Positions 8,689 to 18,201 of a stretch of 57,314 bases of DNA are shown here, piece after piece; position 1 is the first letter of the stretch, and each line of letters starts with the position of its first letter. The stretch spans positions 1 through 57,314 of the forward strand of contig CAMNHZ010000001.1 of NCBI GenBank assembly GCA_946540075.1, read 5' to 3'. The notes under the pieces are model-generated. The model had not been told where the DNA came from, searched no databases, and was given only the letters and a program-made list of their open reading frames with translations. The stretch is from an uncultured Bacillota bacterium (lineage in GTDB: Bacteria; Bacillota_I; Bacilli_A; RF39; UBA660). Both the position numbers and the translations under genes were made by a program.

Positions 8689-10626
8689 CTATATATCAAG
8701 ATTTTCAACAAATCTAGCGTTTTCCTCTATAAAGTTTCTTCTAGGTTCTACTTCATCACCCATTAATCTCTCGAATATTGCATCAGCAGCTACACAATCA
8801 TCAACAGTAATCTTCCTTAATACACGTTTTTCAATATTCATAGTTGTTTCGTTTAATTCTTCTGCGTCCATTTCTCCAAGACCTTTCATACGAGCAATCT
8901 CAGCACGATCTCTTACTGTCTCAGATAAACTAGCTAAATATTGATTCTTTTCATTATCATTCAACACATATTTTCTAGTTTTACCATGCATAATTCTAAA
9001 TAATGGTGGTTGAGCTGCATAAACATGACCTGCTTCTACTATTGGTCTAAAGAAACGATAGAATAAAGTTAGTAATAAAACTCTAATATGTGAACCATCA
9101 ACATCGGCATCGGTCATGATTATAATTTTATCGTAACGAAGCTTTGATAAATCAAACTCTTCACCAATTCCTGTACCAAATGCAGTTATTATACTTCTAA
9201 TTTCTTCATTAGCTAAAGCTCTATCCATTCTTGCTTTTTCAACGTTTAATATTTTTCCTCTTAATGGTAGAATAGCCTGTGTCATAGTATCTCTTCCTTG
9301 TTTTGCTGATCCTCCAGCTGAATCCCCTTCGACTATAAATATCTCTGATACTTTAGGATCTTTGCTGGCACAATCACATAATTTTCCGAAGAAATTAGTG
9401 TGACCCATCTCACTTTTTCTTGTTATTTCACGTGCTCTTTTAGCAGCCACTCTTGCTCGTGCAGCTAATATTGATTTATCTACAATTGTTCGAGCGTTAT
9501 CAGGATTTTCCATTAAAAAGCGTTCAAATCCCTCAGCAAATACATTATCAGCTAATTTTCTAACTTCAGAGTTTCCTAATCTACCTTTTGTTTGACCTTC
9601 AAACTGTGGATTTGGATGTTTACATGATACTATCATTGTTAAACCTTCTTTAACGTCATCTCCTGTTAAAGAAGCATCTTTTTCCTTCAAAATGTTATTT
9701 TTTCGTGCATAATTGTTAATAACACGAGTTAAAGCTCTTCTAACACCTTCTTCGTGTGTTCCTCCATCGTGCGTATTAATATTATTAACAAAAGAATAAA
9801 TTCGAGTATTTTCATCAGATGTGTATTGTAAAGCAACTTCAAACATTATTCCATCTTCTTCACCATTTAAATGAATAATATGATCATGAATTGGCTTTTT
9901 ATTTTGATTTATATATCTTACATATTCACTAATACCACCTTCGTAGTAAAAAGTTTCACCAGTTGTATCTTCATTATCTCTATCATCTCTTAGTGTTAAT
10001 TTTAATCCCTGATTTAAAAATGCTAGTTCTCTTGTTCTTACTTTTAAAGTCTCGTAGTCATAAATATCAGTATCAAATATTTCTGAATCTGGTTTGAAAG
10101 TTACTGTTGTACCAGTTCTTTCCTTACTACACGTATCAATAACTGTAAGTTTTTGAACTGTTTTTCCACCATTTTCAAACTTAGCCTCATAAACATTACC
10201 ATCTTTATATACTCTTACTATAACCCATTTTGATAAAGCATTTACTACTGATGCTCCAACTCCGTGAAGTCCTCCAGATACTTTGTATCCTCCTCCACCA
10301 AATTTTCCTCCTGCATGCAAAACAGTATAAACTGTTTCAACAGTTGAAATTCCGGTTTTAGCATGAATTCCTACCGGGATACCACGTCCGTTATCCTTTA
10401 CTGTTATTGAATTATCTTTATTGATTACTATCTCAATATTATTACAATAACCAGCTAATGCTTCATCAATTGAGTTATCAACTATTTCCCAAACCAAATG
10501 ATGTAACCCTTTTACATCGGTTGTACCTATATACATACCTGGTCTTTTTCTTACTGCTTCTAGTCCTTCTAATACTTGAATATCTGAAGCATCATAATGT
10601 TGATTATTTTCATTCACGTTTACCAT
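8689..10626 (-). CDS. gyrB: DNA gyrase subunit B
   Basis: 645 aa: [20 protein letters not shown] ATPase, Toprim [29 protein letters not shown]. Confidence 0.97.
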   Translation of the reverse strand: MVNVNENNQHYDASDIQVLEGLEAVRKRPGMYIGTTDVKGLHHLVWEIVDNSIDEALAGYCNNIEIVINKDNSITVKDNGRGIPVGIHAKTGISTVETVYTVLHAGGKFGGGGYKVSGGLHGVGASVVNALSKWVIVRVYKDGNVYEAKFENGGKTVQKLTVIDTCSKERTGTTVTFKPDSEIFDTDIYDYETLKVRTRELAFLNQGLKLTLRDDRDNEDTTGETFYYEGGISEYVRYINQNKKPIHDHIIHLNGEEDGIMFEVALQYTSDENTRIYSFVNNINTHDGGTHEEGVRRALTRVINNYARKNNILKEKDASLTGDDVKEGLTMIVSCKHPNPQFEGQTKGRLGNSEVRKLADNVFAEGFERFLMENPDNARTIVDKSILAARARVAAKRAREITRKSEMGHTNFFGKLCDCASKDPKVSEIFIVEGDSAGGSAKQGRDTMTQAILPLRGKILNVEKARMDRALANEEIRSIITAFGTGIGEEFDLSKLRYDKIIIMTDADVDGSHIRVLLLTLFYRFFRPIVEAGHVYAAQPPLFRIMHGKTRKYVLNDNEKNQYLASLSETVRDRAEIARMKGLGEMDAEELNETTMNIEKRVLRKITVDDCVAADAIFERLMGDEVEPRRNFIEENARFVENLDI

Positions 10627-11728
10627 CTCCTTTTTTTACAATTTTTCCATTTGAAATATTATATAAACTTGCATTCGATAGAATTTTCTTATCTATACTA
10701 TTAAGATCTGTAGTTGTTATAAATATTTGAATATTAGATTCAAGATAATCTAATAAATTATTACGTTTTGAGACGTCTAATTCACTAAACACATCATCCA
10801 ATAAAAGAATTGGATAATAACCTTTATATTTTTTAAATATTTCTATCTCAGCTAATTTAAGTGTTAAAATGGATAATCTTTGCTGTCCTTGAGAGCCATA
10901 CTTCTTTAAATCCTTTTCTTTAATAAAAAATGAAATATCATCTCGATGAGGTCCAATTAATGTTGAACCAAGTTTCAATTCGGTAGATCTTATTTTAGAT
11001 AATCTTTCAATTATTATATCCTTTGATAATTCACCATCTTTTAATATATTTGATACATATTCTATTCTAAAATCAGATATATTAGTTAATTTTTCAAATA
11101 TGTTTTTAGCCTCTATATTAAGATCTGATATAAATTTCTTACGCATTTTGTAAATCAAAATAGACTTTTCAACCAATGATTCAGTTATAACATCAAGATA
11201 ATTATCATCAGCTATTTGCCTCTGATTCAAGTATTTTAACCTATCATTTCGCATTCTCAATAATTTTTTATAATCATTAAAAACATTATAATAATTATTA
11301 TATAATTGACTAAGTTCAGTGTTCAAAAACCTTCTACGTTCACTTGGAGAACCTTTAATAATACCTAAATCTTCTGGATAAAAAATTATGATATCCATAT
11401 TAGATATATAGTTTCCAACTTTTTTTATCTCGTCATTATTCAATTTTAATTTCTTTTTCTTGTTTTGAAATCCAATTTCAAGATAATTTTTTGAATTATT
11501 AACAATTAACTCACCAGAAATATGTGCAGTCATTGCTCCACTTTTTATAAGGTTATCATCAATAAATGAACGATGCGATTTAGTCAATCCTAAAACATAT
11601 ATACTTTCTAAAAGATTGGTTTTTCCTTGTGCATTTTCACCATAAAAGATGTTAATACCATCATTAAAATCAACTTCTAAAAAATCATAGTTTCTAAAAT
11701 TCTGGATTTTTAGTTTTTTTAGGTACAA
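10610..11728 (-). CDS. recF: DNA replication/repair protein RecF
   Basis: 372 aa: FRNY, Walker [13 protein letters not shown], signature SQGQQR, Walker [12 protein letters not shown]. Overlaps the gyrB start by 17 nt. Confidence 0.95.
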   Translation of the reverse strand: MYLKKLKIQNFRNYDFLEVDFNDGINIFYGENAQGKTNLLESIYVLGLTKSHRSFIDDNLIKSGAMTAHISGELIVNNSKNYLEIGFQNKKKKLKLNNDEIKKVGNYISNMDIIIFYPEDLGIIKGSPSERRRFLNTELSQLYNNYYNVFNDYKKLLRMRNDRLKYLNQRQIADDNYLDVITESLVEKSILIYKMRKKFISDLNIEAKNIFEKLTNISDFRIEYVSNILKDGELSKDIIIERLSKIRSTELKLGSTLIGPHRDDISFFIKEKDLKKYGSQGQQRLSILTLKLAEIEIFKKYKGYYPILLLDDVFSELDVSKRNNLLDYLESNIQIFITTTDLNSIDKKILSNASLYNISNGKIVKKGDGKRE

Positions 11729-11840
11729 ATACTATCACCCTATTTCAATTTTTTGATTTTATGCGTCATTTTGAAAAATAATGCTAACTTGGTACTCCTA
11801 TACCTCATATTAATTATACCACAAAAAAGCGCCTAAAAAC

Positions 11841-11869
11841 GAAAAAAACATCATAAATTGATGTTTTTT
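11841..11869 (-). terminator. rho-independent terminator at the comK 3' end
   Basis: Stem AACATCA/TGATGTT (11847-11853 / 11859-11865) with flanking A/T runs. It overlaps the comK stop. Confidence 0.5.
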
Positions 11870-12321
11870 ACCATTTTGCGCTCTGTTAAAATTTGATATA
11901 GTCTAGATGCTCTCAAAACTTGGTTATCTAATGAGCCATATGATAAATCAACATCTAAATTATATCCATTTTTAAAGGTTATTCTAGAACCCATATTATC
12001 GTTAATTGTATATTTATCTATATTTTTTAAACATATCCAACTACAATTTGACGATCTAGGTGAATCTGTAGGAAAAACTATTATAGGACATGTTTCTTCT
12101 ACTATTATTGGTGATTTATAATTTACACCTATCATATCCTTTGTTCCTTGAGATCTTCCTATTAATGAACTACCAAAAAACTTACAACTATTTTCCATTA
12201 CTTTTAATGCTTTCTTTTTTACAAAAAATATAGCATTTTTTTCAATAATTTTTGACATATTATCTCCATACGGAATAACAGCCAATGTTTGTGCATTTAC
12301 TTGGTAATCTTCTACTATCAC
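11851..12321 (-). CDS. comK: competence transcription factor ComK family
   Basis: 156 aa with a GTG start and AAAGGAG RBS. It aligns along its length with B. subtilis ComK as I recall it: YQVNAQTLAVIP, SKIIEKNAIFFVKKKALKVMENSCKFFGSSLIGRSQGT, FPTDSPRSSNCSW, SYGSLDNQVLRASRL. Confidence 0.8.
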   Translation of the reverse strand: MIVEDYQVNAQTLAVIPYGDNMSKIIEKNAIFFVKKKALKVMENSCKFFGSSLIGRSQGTKDMIGVNYKSPIIVEETCPIIVFPTDSPRSSNCSWICLKNIDKYTINDNMGSRITFKNGYNLDVDLSYGSLDNQVLRASRLYQILTERKMVKNINL

Positions 12322-12380
12322 AATTGCTCCTTTCTATGTCATTCGGCCAAATAACAATAATGATATTATAATCATTTTTT

Positions 12381-12410
12381 TGTCGAATTTTGTCGAATTT
12401 TGTCGAAGAA
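12381..12410. repeat. three tandem 10-bp direct repeats (TGTCGAATTT; minus strand TTCGACAAAA) upstream of comK
   Basis: TGTCGAATTT TGTCGAATTT TGTCGAAgaa. One-helical-turn phasing. The block abuts a TATAAT on the minus strand that has no good -35. Confidence 0.85.
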
Positions 12411-12441
12411 TAAAAAAAATTCACTTTTTTTAGTGAATTTT
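12411..12441 (-). terminator. rho-independent terminator of dnaN
   Basis: Stem AATTCACT/AGTGAATT (12418-12425 / 12432-12439) followed by a U-run on the minus strand. Confidence 0.65.
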
Positions 12442-12447
12442 TCAAAT

Positions 12448-13569
12448 TTAATATGTTCTTATTGGTAAAATTAACTGAATTAAATTATCAGTATTAGGAT
12501 TTTTAACAATTATAGGACTTACTTCTCCATTAAATAATAATTCTACATCTTCACAATCAAAAGCCTTTAAAGCATCAAGCATATACTTTGAACTAAATGC
12601 TATTCTTATATCTTGATCATTATCTTTAGAAACAATCATCTTTTCCTCAACATTACCTATTTCTGGAATATTTGAAGAAATAGTTATTTCGTTTCCTTTA
12701 TTATCCAACTTAATAGTATTTTTATCAGCTTCGTTTGTAAGTAATGAAGCTCTATCAATAGTTCCAAAGAATTCATTATGATTAACTTTCATTGTCACTT
12801 CAAAAGTTGTAGGAATTAATTTAGAAGTATCAGGATAAGAACCATTTATTAATTTACTTATAAACACAATAGATCCAAATTTAAATATAACCTTATTATT
12901 AAATACATGAATATTAATATAATCCTCATCATCATTAAATAATCTTATTAATTCTAATAAATTTTTAGTAGGAATAATTACATTAATAATTTCTGGAAGA
13001 TCAGTATTAATTTTTATTTTAGCTTTAGCTAAACGATAAGAATCAGTAGCGGTACATTCTAATGTATCATGTTCTATTTTAAAATTAATACCAGTTAATA
13101 CAGGTCTTGATTCTTGTGTTGATGTAGCAAAAGCAGTTTGATTAATAATATTTTTAAATATTCTTTGTTTTACACCAAATGGATTTTTACTATCATCTAT
13201 CATTATATTAGGAAAATCACCTATATTATTACAATTTAAATTAAATGAAGAATTTTCAGTATATATTGATATTTTAGAATCAACAACTTCTTCTATATTA
13301 ATTATTTCATTAGGAAGTTTTCTTATTATTTCATATATATAACGACCTGATACAACTATTTCCCCTAGTCTATCTATTGATTCAATATCTTTTTTATCAA
13401 TAAATGTTTTTATTGATATTTCATTATCAGTACTTGTTAAATATAAACCATCGTTAGTAAGTTCAAATTTTATACAGTTTAATATAGGAATAAGATTTTT
13501 ATTAGAAATACCTCTTATTACATAATTTAAATGTTCAAATAATTTTGTTTGTTTAATAGTTAGTTTCAT
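12448..13569 (-). CDS. dnaN: DNA polymerase III beta sliding clamp
   Basis: 373 aa, three-domain clamp. Canonical position downstream of dnaA. Confidence 0.95.
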   Translation of the reverse strand: MKLTIKQTKLFEHLNYVIRGISNKNLIPILNCIKFELTNDGLYLTSTDNEISIKTFIDKKDIESIDRLGEIVVSGRYIYEIIRKLPNEIINIEEVVDSKISIYTENSSFNLNCNNIGDFPNIMIDDSKNPFGVKQRIFKNIINQTAFATSTQESRPVLTGINFKIEHDTLECTATDSYRLAKAKIKINTDLPEIINVIIPTKNLLELIRLFNDDEDYINIHVFNNKVIFKFGSIVFISKLINGSYPDTSKLIPTTFEVTMKVNHNEFFGTIDRASLLTNEADKNTIKLDNKGNEITISSNIPEIGNVEEKMIVSKDNDQDIRIAFSSKYMLDALKAFDCEDVELLFNGEVSPIIVKNPNTDNLIQLILPIRTY

Positions 13570-13574
13570 AATTT

Positions 13575-13718
13575 ATCTCCTTAATTTTTATTATTTATAT
13601 ATGTATTTTTATTATTAAAGTGGATAACGTGGAAAAGTTAAATTTACCCTTTGTTATCAACGATAAATAACAATTTTAACATGTTGATAAGTTGTTAATA
13701 AAGTTAATTTTATCAACA
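13575..13718. other. oriC, dnaA-dnaN spacer: AT-rich unwinding region plus DnaA boxes
   Basis: Nearly pure A/T run at 13575-13618. Boxes: TTATCCACt (rc, 13619-13627), TTTTCCACg (rc, 13628-13636), TTATCAACg (13654-13662), TTATCAACA (rc, 13682-13690) and TTATCAACA (13710-13718). Confidence 0.8.
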
Positions 13719-13719
13719 C

Positions 13720-15078
13720 TTATTTAATTTCGTTAACAATTTTGTTAATTTCCATTTCTAGAATTTCATTAGTTTTCAACTCTTTTTTGATTTTATCCAC
13801 AGAATGCATAACGGTTGTATGATCTTTTCCTCCGAATTCTATTCCGATTTTTGGGAAAGATTCTCCTAAAACAGTTCTGCATATATACATTGCAACTTGT
13901 CGTGGAAAGGCAATTGTAGCTTTTCTTTTCTTACTCTTTAAATCTTCAGTGGAAATGTTATAGTAATTTGCTACTAATTGTTGAACTTGATCGATCTTAT
14001 TTTTGGAAATAATACTTTTTACAAAGTAATCTTTTAGAGCTTCTACAGCAAGATCTAAAGTAATATCACTACCACTCATCATAGTAGCATAGGCAACTAC
14101 TCTAGTGATGGCACCTTCCAGTTTTCTAATATCACCCGTACAATTACTAGCTATATATTCTTTTACATCTTTAGGAAATTTATTATATAAAAGATTTCCC
14201 TCTATTTTTTTATCAATAATAGCCATTCTTAGATCAAAATCAGGTGGAAGAATATCAATAGTTAATCCCCAATTAAATCTAGTTCTCAATCTATCTTCTA
14301 ATAGTTTTAAATCGTCTGGTGATCTATCAGAAGATATTATTATTTGTTTATTATTACCATATAAATCATTGAAAGTGTTGAAAAACTCTTGTTGAGTTTG
14401 ATTAGCATTACCTAAGTATTGAATATCATCAATAATAAGTATATCAACATCTCTATATTTTCTTTTGAAAATTTCTACACTATCAATGTTATTTTCAATT
14501 TTATTCTTTCTATTTATACCAATAAAGTCTGATACAAATTTTTCACATGTAACATATAAAACATTTTTATCAGTGTGTTCAACAACATAATTTCCGATTG
14601 CATGCATTAAGTGCGTTTTTCCCAAACCACTATTACCATAAATGAATAATGGATTATACATAAAACCTGGTTTTTCAGCAACTGCAAGCGCGGTAGCCTT
14701 AGCAAATTTATTGCTTTCCCCTACTATGAAATTATCAAAGGTATATTTTGAAATTAAATTAGAATCTGTTTTTTTTGTATTGTGAGAAACAATTTTTTCC
14801 TGTTTAGTTTTAACTTTTTCTAAATCTTCAAGTTCATCTTCCGTTATATAATTCATTTTAAAATTAGACTCAGTAATTTCAGTAAATACTTCTTCTATTA
14901 ATTCATTATAGTGTTCCTGTAAATGTTTTTTTTGAATATTCATAGGAACAACTATAGTTGCTTCCCCATTATTTAGTGAATGAAGCTTCGTTTCCGAAAA
15001 CCAGGTTTCAAATAACATAGGTGAAATTTTCTTACTTATATTATCAAGAAAATTTTTCCATATAATATTAATATCCAT
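13720..15078 (-). CDS. dnaA: chromosomal replication initiator DnaA
   Basis: 452 aa: Walker A GNSGLGKTHLMHA, LIIDDIQ, domain IV DHTTVMHS. Confidence 0.97.
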   Translation of the reverse strand: MDINIIWKNFLDNISKKISPMLFETWFSETKLHSLNNGEATIVVPMNIQKKHLQEHYNELIEEVFTEITESNFKMNYITEDELEDLEKVKTKQEKIVSHNTKKTDSNLISKYTFDNFIVGESNKFAKATALAVAEKPGFMYNPLFIYGNSGLGKTHLMHAIGNYVVEHTDKNVLYVTCEKFVSDFIGINRKNKIENNIDSVEIFKRKYRDVDILIIDDIQYLGNANQTQQEFFNTFNDLYGNNKQIIISSDRSPDDLKLLEDRLRTRFNWGLTIDILPPDFDLRMAIIDKKIEGNLLYNKFPKDVKEYIASNCTGDIRKLEGAITRVVAYATMMSGSDITLDLAVEALKDYFVKSIISKNKIDQVQQLVANYYNISTEDLKSKKRKATIAFPRQVAMYICRTVLGESFPKIGIEFGGKDHTTVMHSVDKIKKELKTNEILEMEINKIVNEIK

Positions 15079-15155
15079 TTTTCCACCTACTTCCCTGAAC
15101 TTACCAATATTTTACACCAAAATTGGTGAAAATAAAAGCAAAATCAAGCAAAAAA

Positions 15156-15397
15156 TGTGGAAAATAATATATTAACAACATTATCCACAACACAAAGTAT
15201 TAATAATTCTAATAAAAATAAAATTATCAACAAAAATGTTGAAAATTAGAATAATACATTTTCACAGTGTTAAAACGTTTTCCACATTATTGTTGAAAAG
15301 TGGGAAATACTTATATTTATTAAAGATTTGAGTTGTGGGAAATATTTGTGCATAATTATAATAATATAAAATATTAATTATTTCCCACAGTGGAAAA
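15156..15397. other. oriC, DnaA-box cluster upstream of dnaA
   Basis: Perfect TTATCCACA at 15181-15189. TTTTCCACA at 15156-15164 (rc) and 15278-15286. TTATCAACA at 15224-15232. TTTCCCACA at 15334-15342 (rc) and 15381-15389. TTTTCCACT at 15389-15397 (rc). Confidence 0.85.
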
Positions 15398-15533
15398 ATA
15401 ATGAAAAAATAAAAAGATTATTATCTTTTTTGTTGATAAATAAAATTTAAATAAAAAATAAATTGACAAATTAGTACTTTTTCTATATAATCATATAAGC
15501 AAATTGATTTAATTGTTACAGGAGGTGTATTAG

Positions 15534-15668
15534 ATGAAAAGCAATAATGGTACAACATTTCAACCAAATAATCGTAAAAGAAGTAAAAAACATGGATTCT
15601 TTGCACGTATGAATACAAATATTATTAAACGTAGAAGAAGAAAAGGTCGTAAAGTTTTATCACATTAA
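15534..15668 (+). CDS. rpmH: 50S ribosomal protein L34
   Basis: Below the track's size cut-off and translated by hand: [44 protein letters not shown] (44 aa). RBS AGGAGG. Canonical rpmH-rnpA order. Confidence 0.95.
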   Translation: MKSNNGTTFQPNNRKRSKKHGFFARMNTNIIKRRRRKGRKVLSH

Positions 15669-15670
15669 TA

Positions 15671-15698
15671 ACCACTGGAGCTTTCAGTGGCTTTTTTT
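15671..15698 (+). terminator. hairpin plus T-run between rpmH and rnpA
   Basis: CCACTG (15672-15677) / CAGTGG (15685-15690) followed by CTTTTTTT. Confidence 0.5.
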
Positions 15699-15716
15699 AA
15701 TATTATGGGGTGAAAT

Positions 15717-16076
15717 ATGAAAAAGATTAATATTATAAAAGAAAATCGTGAGTATAGTAGAATAATTAAAACTTGTCGATATTATAAATCGAATTATTAT
15801 GTTATTTATAAAGAAAATACAAAGCCAGATGATATATATAAGTTTGGGATATCTATTGGTAAAAAAGTTGGAAAAGCAGTTTATAGAAATAAAATAAAAA
15901 GAAGAATAAAGAATATTTTAGATAAAAAAGTATATAAAAATGGCTTCAAATGTATTATAATAGTTAAGAAAAGAATTAATGAGCTTTCTTATAAAGAAAT
16001 GGAAAATGAGCTTAATTTAATTCTAGAAAGAATAGACATAGTAAAAGGAGAAAGATATGAACAAGAAAATAATTAA
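15717..16076 (+). CDS. rnpA: ribonuclease P protein component
   Basis: 119 aa, basic, KAVYRNKIKRRIK motif. Located after rpmH. Confidence 0.9.
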   Translation: MKKINIIKENREYSRIIKTCRYYKSNYYVIYKENTKPDDIYKFGISIGKKVGKAVYRNKIKRRIKNILDKKVYKNGFKCIIIVKKRINELSYKEMENELNLILERIDIVKGERYEQENN

Positions 16077-16983
16077 ATTATTTGTGATATGTATTACAGT
16101 TTTAGCTTTAACTGGTTGTACAGTACAATTAAAAGATTCAAAAAATAAATTAGTAAAGAATGATATAACAGGTCAAACATTAACTAAGAATATTTTATGT
16201 AAGCCAACTGATAAGGCTACAATAAAAAAATATACAGAAAATGGTGTAAAAGTATCAAAATTAGATGATTGTAACAATTTTAGTGTTGTAGGTAGTAAAT
16301 ATAATGGAATCTGGGAATCAATTTTTATAAGACCATTAGCTTGGTTAATTTTAAAAATTGGAGGATTATTTAATAAATATGGATGGTCAATAGTATTTAC
16401 AACGATTTTAATAAGATTAGTAGTAATGCCTTTCACTAAAAAAGCAGCATTACAATCTGAAAATATGAAAAAAGCTCAGCCAGAACTTAACAAACTTGAA
16501 AAAAAATATGCAAATAAGAATGATCAAGATTCTATGATGAAAAAAAGTCAAGAAATGATGTTTATTTATAAGAAATATGGAATTAATCCAATGGCAGGAT
16601 GTTTATTTTCACTTATTCAAATTCCATTATTCTTTGCTTTTTATGAGTCATTAAATCGTTTACCAGCAATATTTGAAGAAAATTTTTATGGAATTAAACT
16701 TGGAATGACTCCTGGAATGGCAATTTCTCAAGGAAAAATATATTATGTTATTATAATTATATTAGTAGTGGTAGCTAGTTATTATGGTATGAAATTGAAT
16801 AGCGGTGCTAGTATGTCTAAGGAACAAGAATCACAGATGAAAACTATGATGAATATGATGATTATGTTTATGGGAATAGCTGCAATTACACTACCAACAG
16901 GAATAGCTATATATTGGATTGTTAATAATGTATTTACTATAGCTCAAAATCTATGGGTAAGGAGGAAAAAGGATGCCAAATAA
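16057..16983 (+). CDS. yidC: membrane protein insertase YidC/SpoIIIJ (lipoprotein type)
   Basis: 308 aa with lipobox LALTGC and the 60-kDa IMP core (PLFFAFY, GIAIYWIVNN). Overlaps the rnpA end. Confidence 0.9.
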   Translation: MNKKIIKLFVICITVLALTGCTVQLKDSKNKLVKNDITGQTLTKNILCKPTDKATIKKYTENGVKVSKLDDCNNFSVVGSKYNGIWESIFIRPLAWLILKIGGLFNKYGWSIVFTTILIRLVVMPFTKKAALQSENMKKAQPELNKLEKKYANKNDQDSMMKKSQEMMFIYKKYGINPMAGCLFSLIQIPLFFAFYESLNRLPAIFEENFYGIKLGMTPGMAISQGKIYYVIIIILVVVASYYGMKLNSGASMSKEQESQMKTMMNMMIMFMGIAAITLPTGIAIYWIVNNVFTIAQNLWVRRKKDAK

Positions 16984-17593
16984 ATTATCTAAACATTCAT
17001 ATGTTGCAAAAACAAAAGAAGATGCATTAAATAAGTGTTATGAAGAATTAAATGTTAACGAAGAAGAAATTTATGTTAAAGAAACACAAATTGCTGGTAA
17101 GTTATTTAAAGCATCAAAAATTGAACTTGAAGTATTAACTCAAAAGGAGTTAGTTGATTTTATAAAGTACTATATAAATCAAATAGGTACTTTAATGGGG
17201 TTAGATATAAAAACTGAAATTAGAACTTCTGATCAAATAATAAATGTAACTTTAATATGTGAAAATAATGCCATTTTAATTGGTAAAGACGGAAGAACAT
17301 TAAATGCAATTCAAAATTTATTGAGACAATCAATAAGTGTTCAAAGTGGTTTTAATGTTAAAATAAATATTGATGTTTGTGGTTACAAGGAAAAAAGAAA
17401 GAAACGATTTGAAAGAGAAATAAAGAATATTTGTAGAAGTATTTTGAGAGATCATATAGAAGTTAAATTAGATCCAATGAATTCATATCAAAGAAGAATT
17501 GTTCATAATGTTGTTAATAAATATGAAGATTTAAAAACCGAAAGCATTGGTGAAGAGCCAAATAGATATGTAGTAATAAGTTACAAAAAATAG
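16973..17593 (+). CDS. jag: RNA-binding protein Jag/KhpB (KH plus R3H domains)
   Basis: 206 aa: KH-like LIGKDGRTLNAIQNLL and R3H QRRIVHNVV. Synteny yidC-jag. Confidence 0.85.
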   Translation: MPNKLSKHSYVAKTKEDALNKCYEELNVNEEEIYVKETQIAGKLFKASKIELEVLTQKELVDFIKYYINQIGTLMGLDIKTEIRTSDQIINVTLICENNAILIGKDGRTLNAIQNLLRQSISVQSGFNVKINIDVCGYKEKRKKRFEREIKNICRSILRDHIEVKLDPMNSYQRRIVHNVVNKYEDLKTESIGEEPNRYVVISYKK

Positions 17594-17620
17594 GACTAAA
17601 TTTATATTTAGTCTTTTATT
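17594..17620 (+). terminator. rho-independent terminator after jag
   Basis: GACTAAA (17594-17600) / TTTAGTC (17607-17613) followed by TTTTATT. Confidence 0.55.
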
Positions 17621-17647
17621 GACAACAAAAATTAATTAATATACAAT
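17619..17647 (+). promoter_or_regulatory. sigma-A type promoter for the HD-mnmE unit
   Basis: TTGACA (17619-17624), 17-nt spacer, TACAAT (17642-17647). Confidence 0.55.
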
Positions 17648-17665
17648 ACGAAGGGATGCGAGATA

Positions 17666-18196
17666 ATGAATTTCAGTAAAGAATATATAAAAATAGTAAA
17701 ACCAATATTAGAACATCCAGAATTTATTAAGAGAAAAGAGTATAAGCATCATGAAAGAGAATCTGTTTATGAGCATTCTCTTATAGTTTCTTATAATTCA
17801 TATAAAATAGCAAAGATGTTAGGATTAGACTATAAAAGTGCTGCAATAGGGGGATTATTACACGATTTTTATAGGTATCCTTGGCAACTTACTGATCAAC
17901 AAAGAAAAGAATTACAGATTCCACCAAGTAAAAAAGGTTTCTTTAATCAACATGGTTTTACCCATGCTCGTGATGCAATGTTAAATGCACGAGAAAAGTT
18001 TCCAGAGTTAATGAATAAAAAAATTGAAAATATAATATTAAGACATATGTTTCCGTTAACACCAATTCCACCTAAATATAGAGAGGGTTGGATAGTTACA
18101 TATGTTGATAAGTATAAATCAATGAATGTTTTAAAAAGTCCAAAAGAATTACCAAAATATATTGGAGTAAAAAGAAAAAATAAAAAAAGGAAGTGA
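17666..18196 (+). CDS. HD-domain phosphohydrolase
   Basis: 176 aa with H..H (YEHSL) and LLHDFY HD motifs. Confidence 0.7.
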   Translation: MNFSKEYIKIVKPILEHPEFIKRKEYKHHERESVYEHSLIVSYNSYKIAKMLGLDYKSAAIGGLLHDFYRYPWQLTDQQRKELQIPPSKKGFFNQHGFTHARDAMLNAREKFPELMNKKIENIILRHMFPLTPIPPKYREGWIVTYVDKYKSMNVLKSPKELPKYIGVKRKNKKRK

Positions 18197-18201
18197 TTAA
18201 T

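Noticed and set aside
12260-12445. 61-aa ORF overlapping the comK start and the dnaN terminator
   Set aside because: It overlaps the comK 5' end, runs through the 10-bp repeats and the terminator hairpin, and has neither an RBS nor recognisable family features.
15421-15618. 65-aa minus-strand ORF
   Set aside because: It lies antisense to rpmH and its RBS. The plus strand encodes an unmistakable L34.
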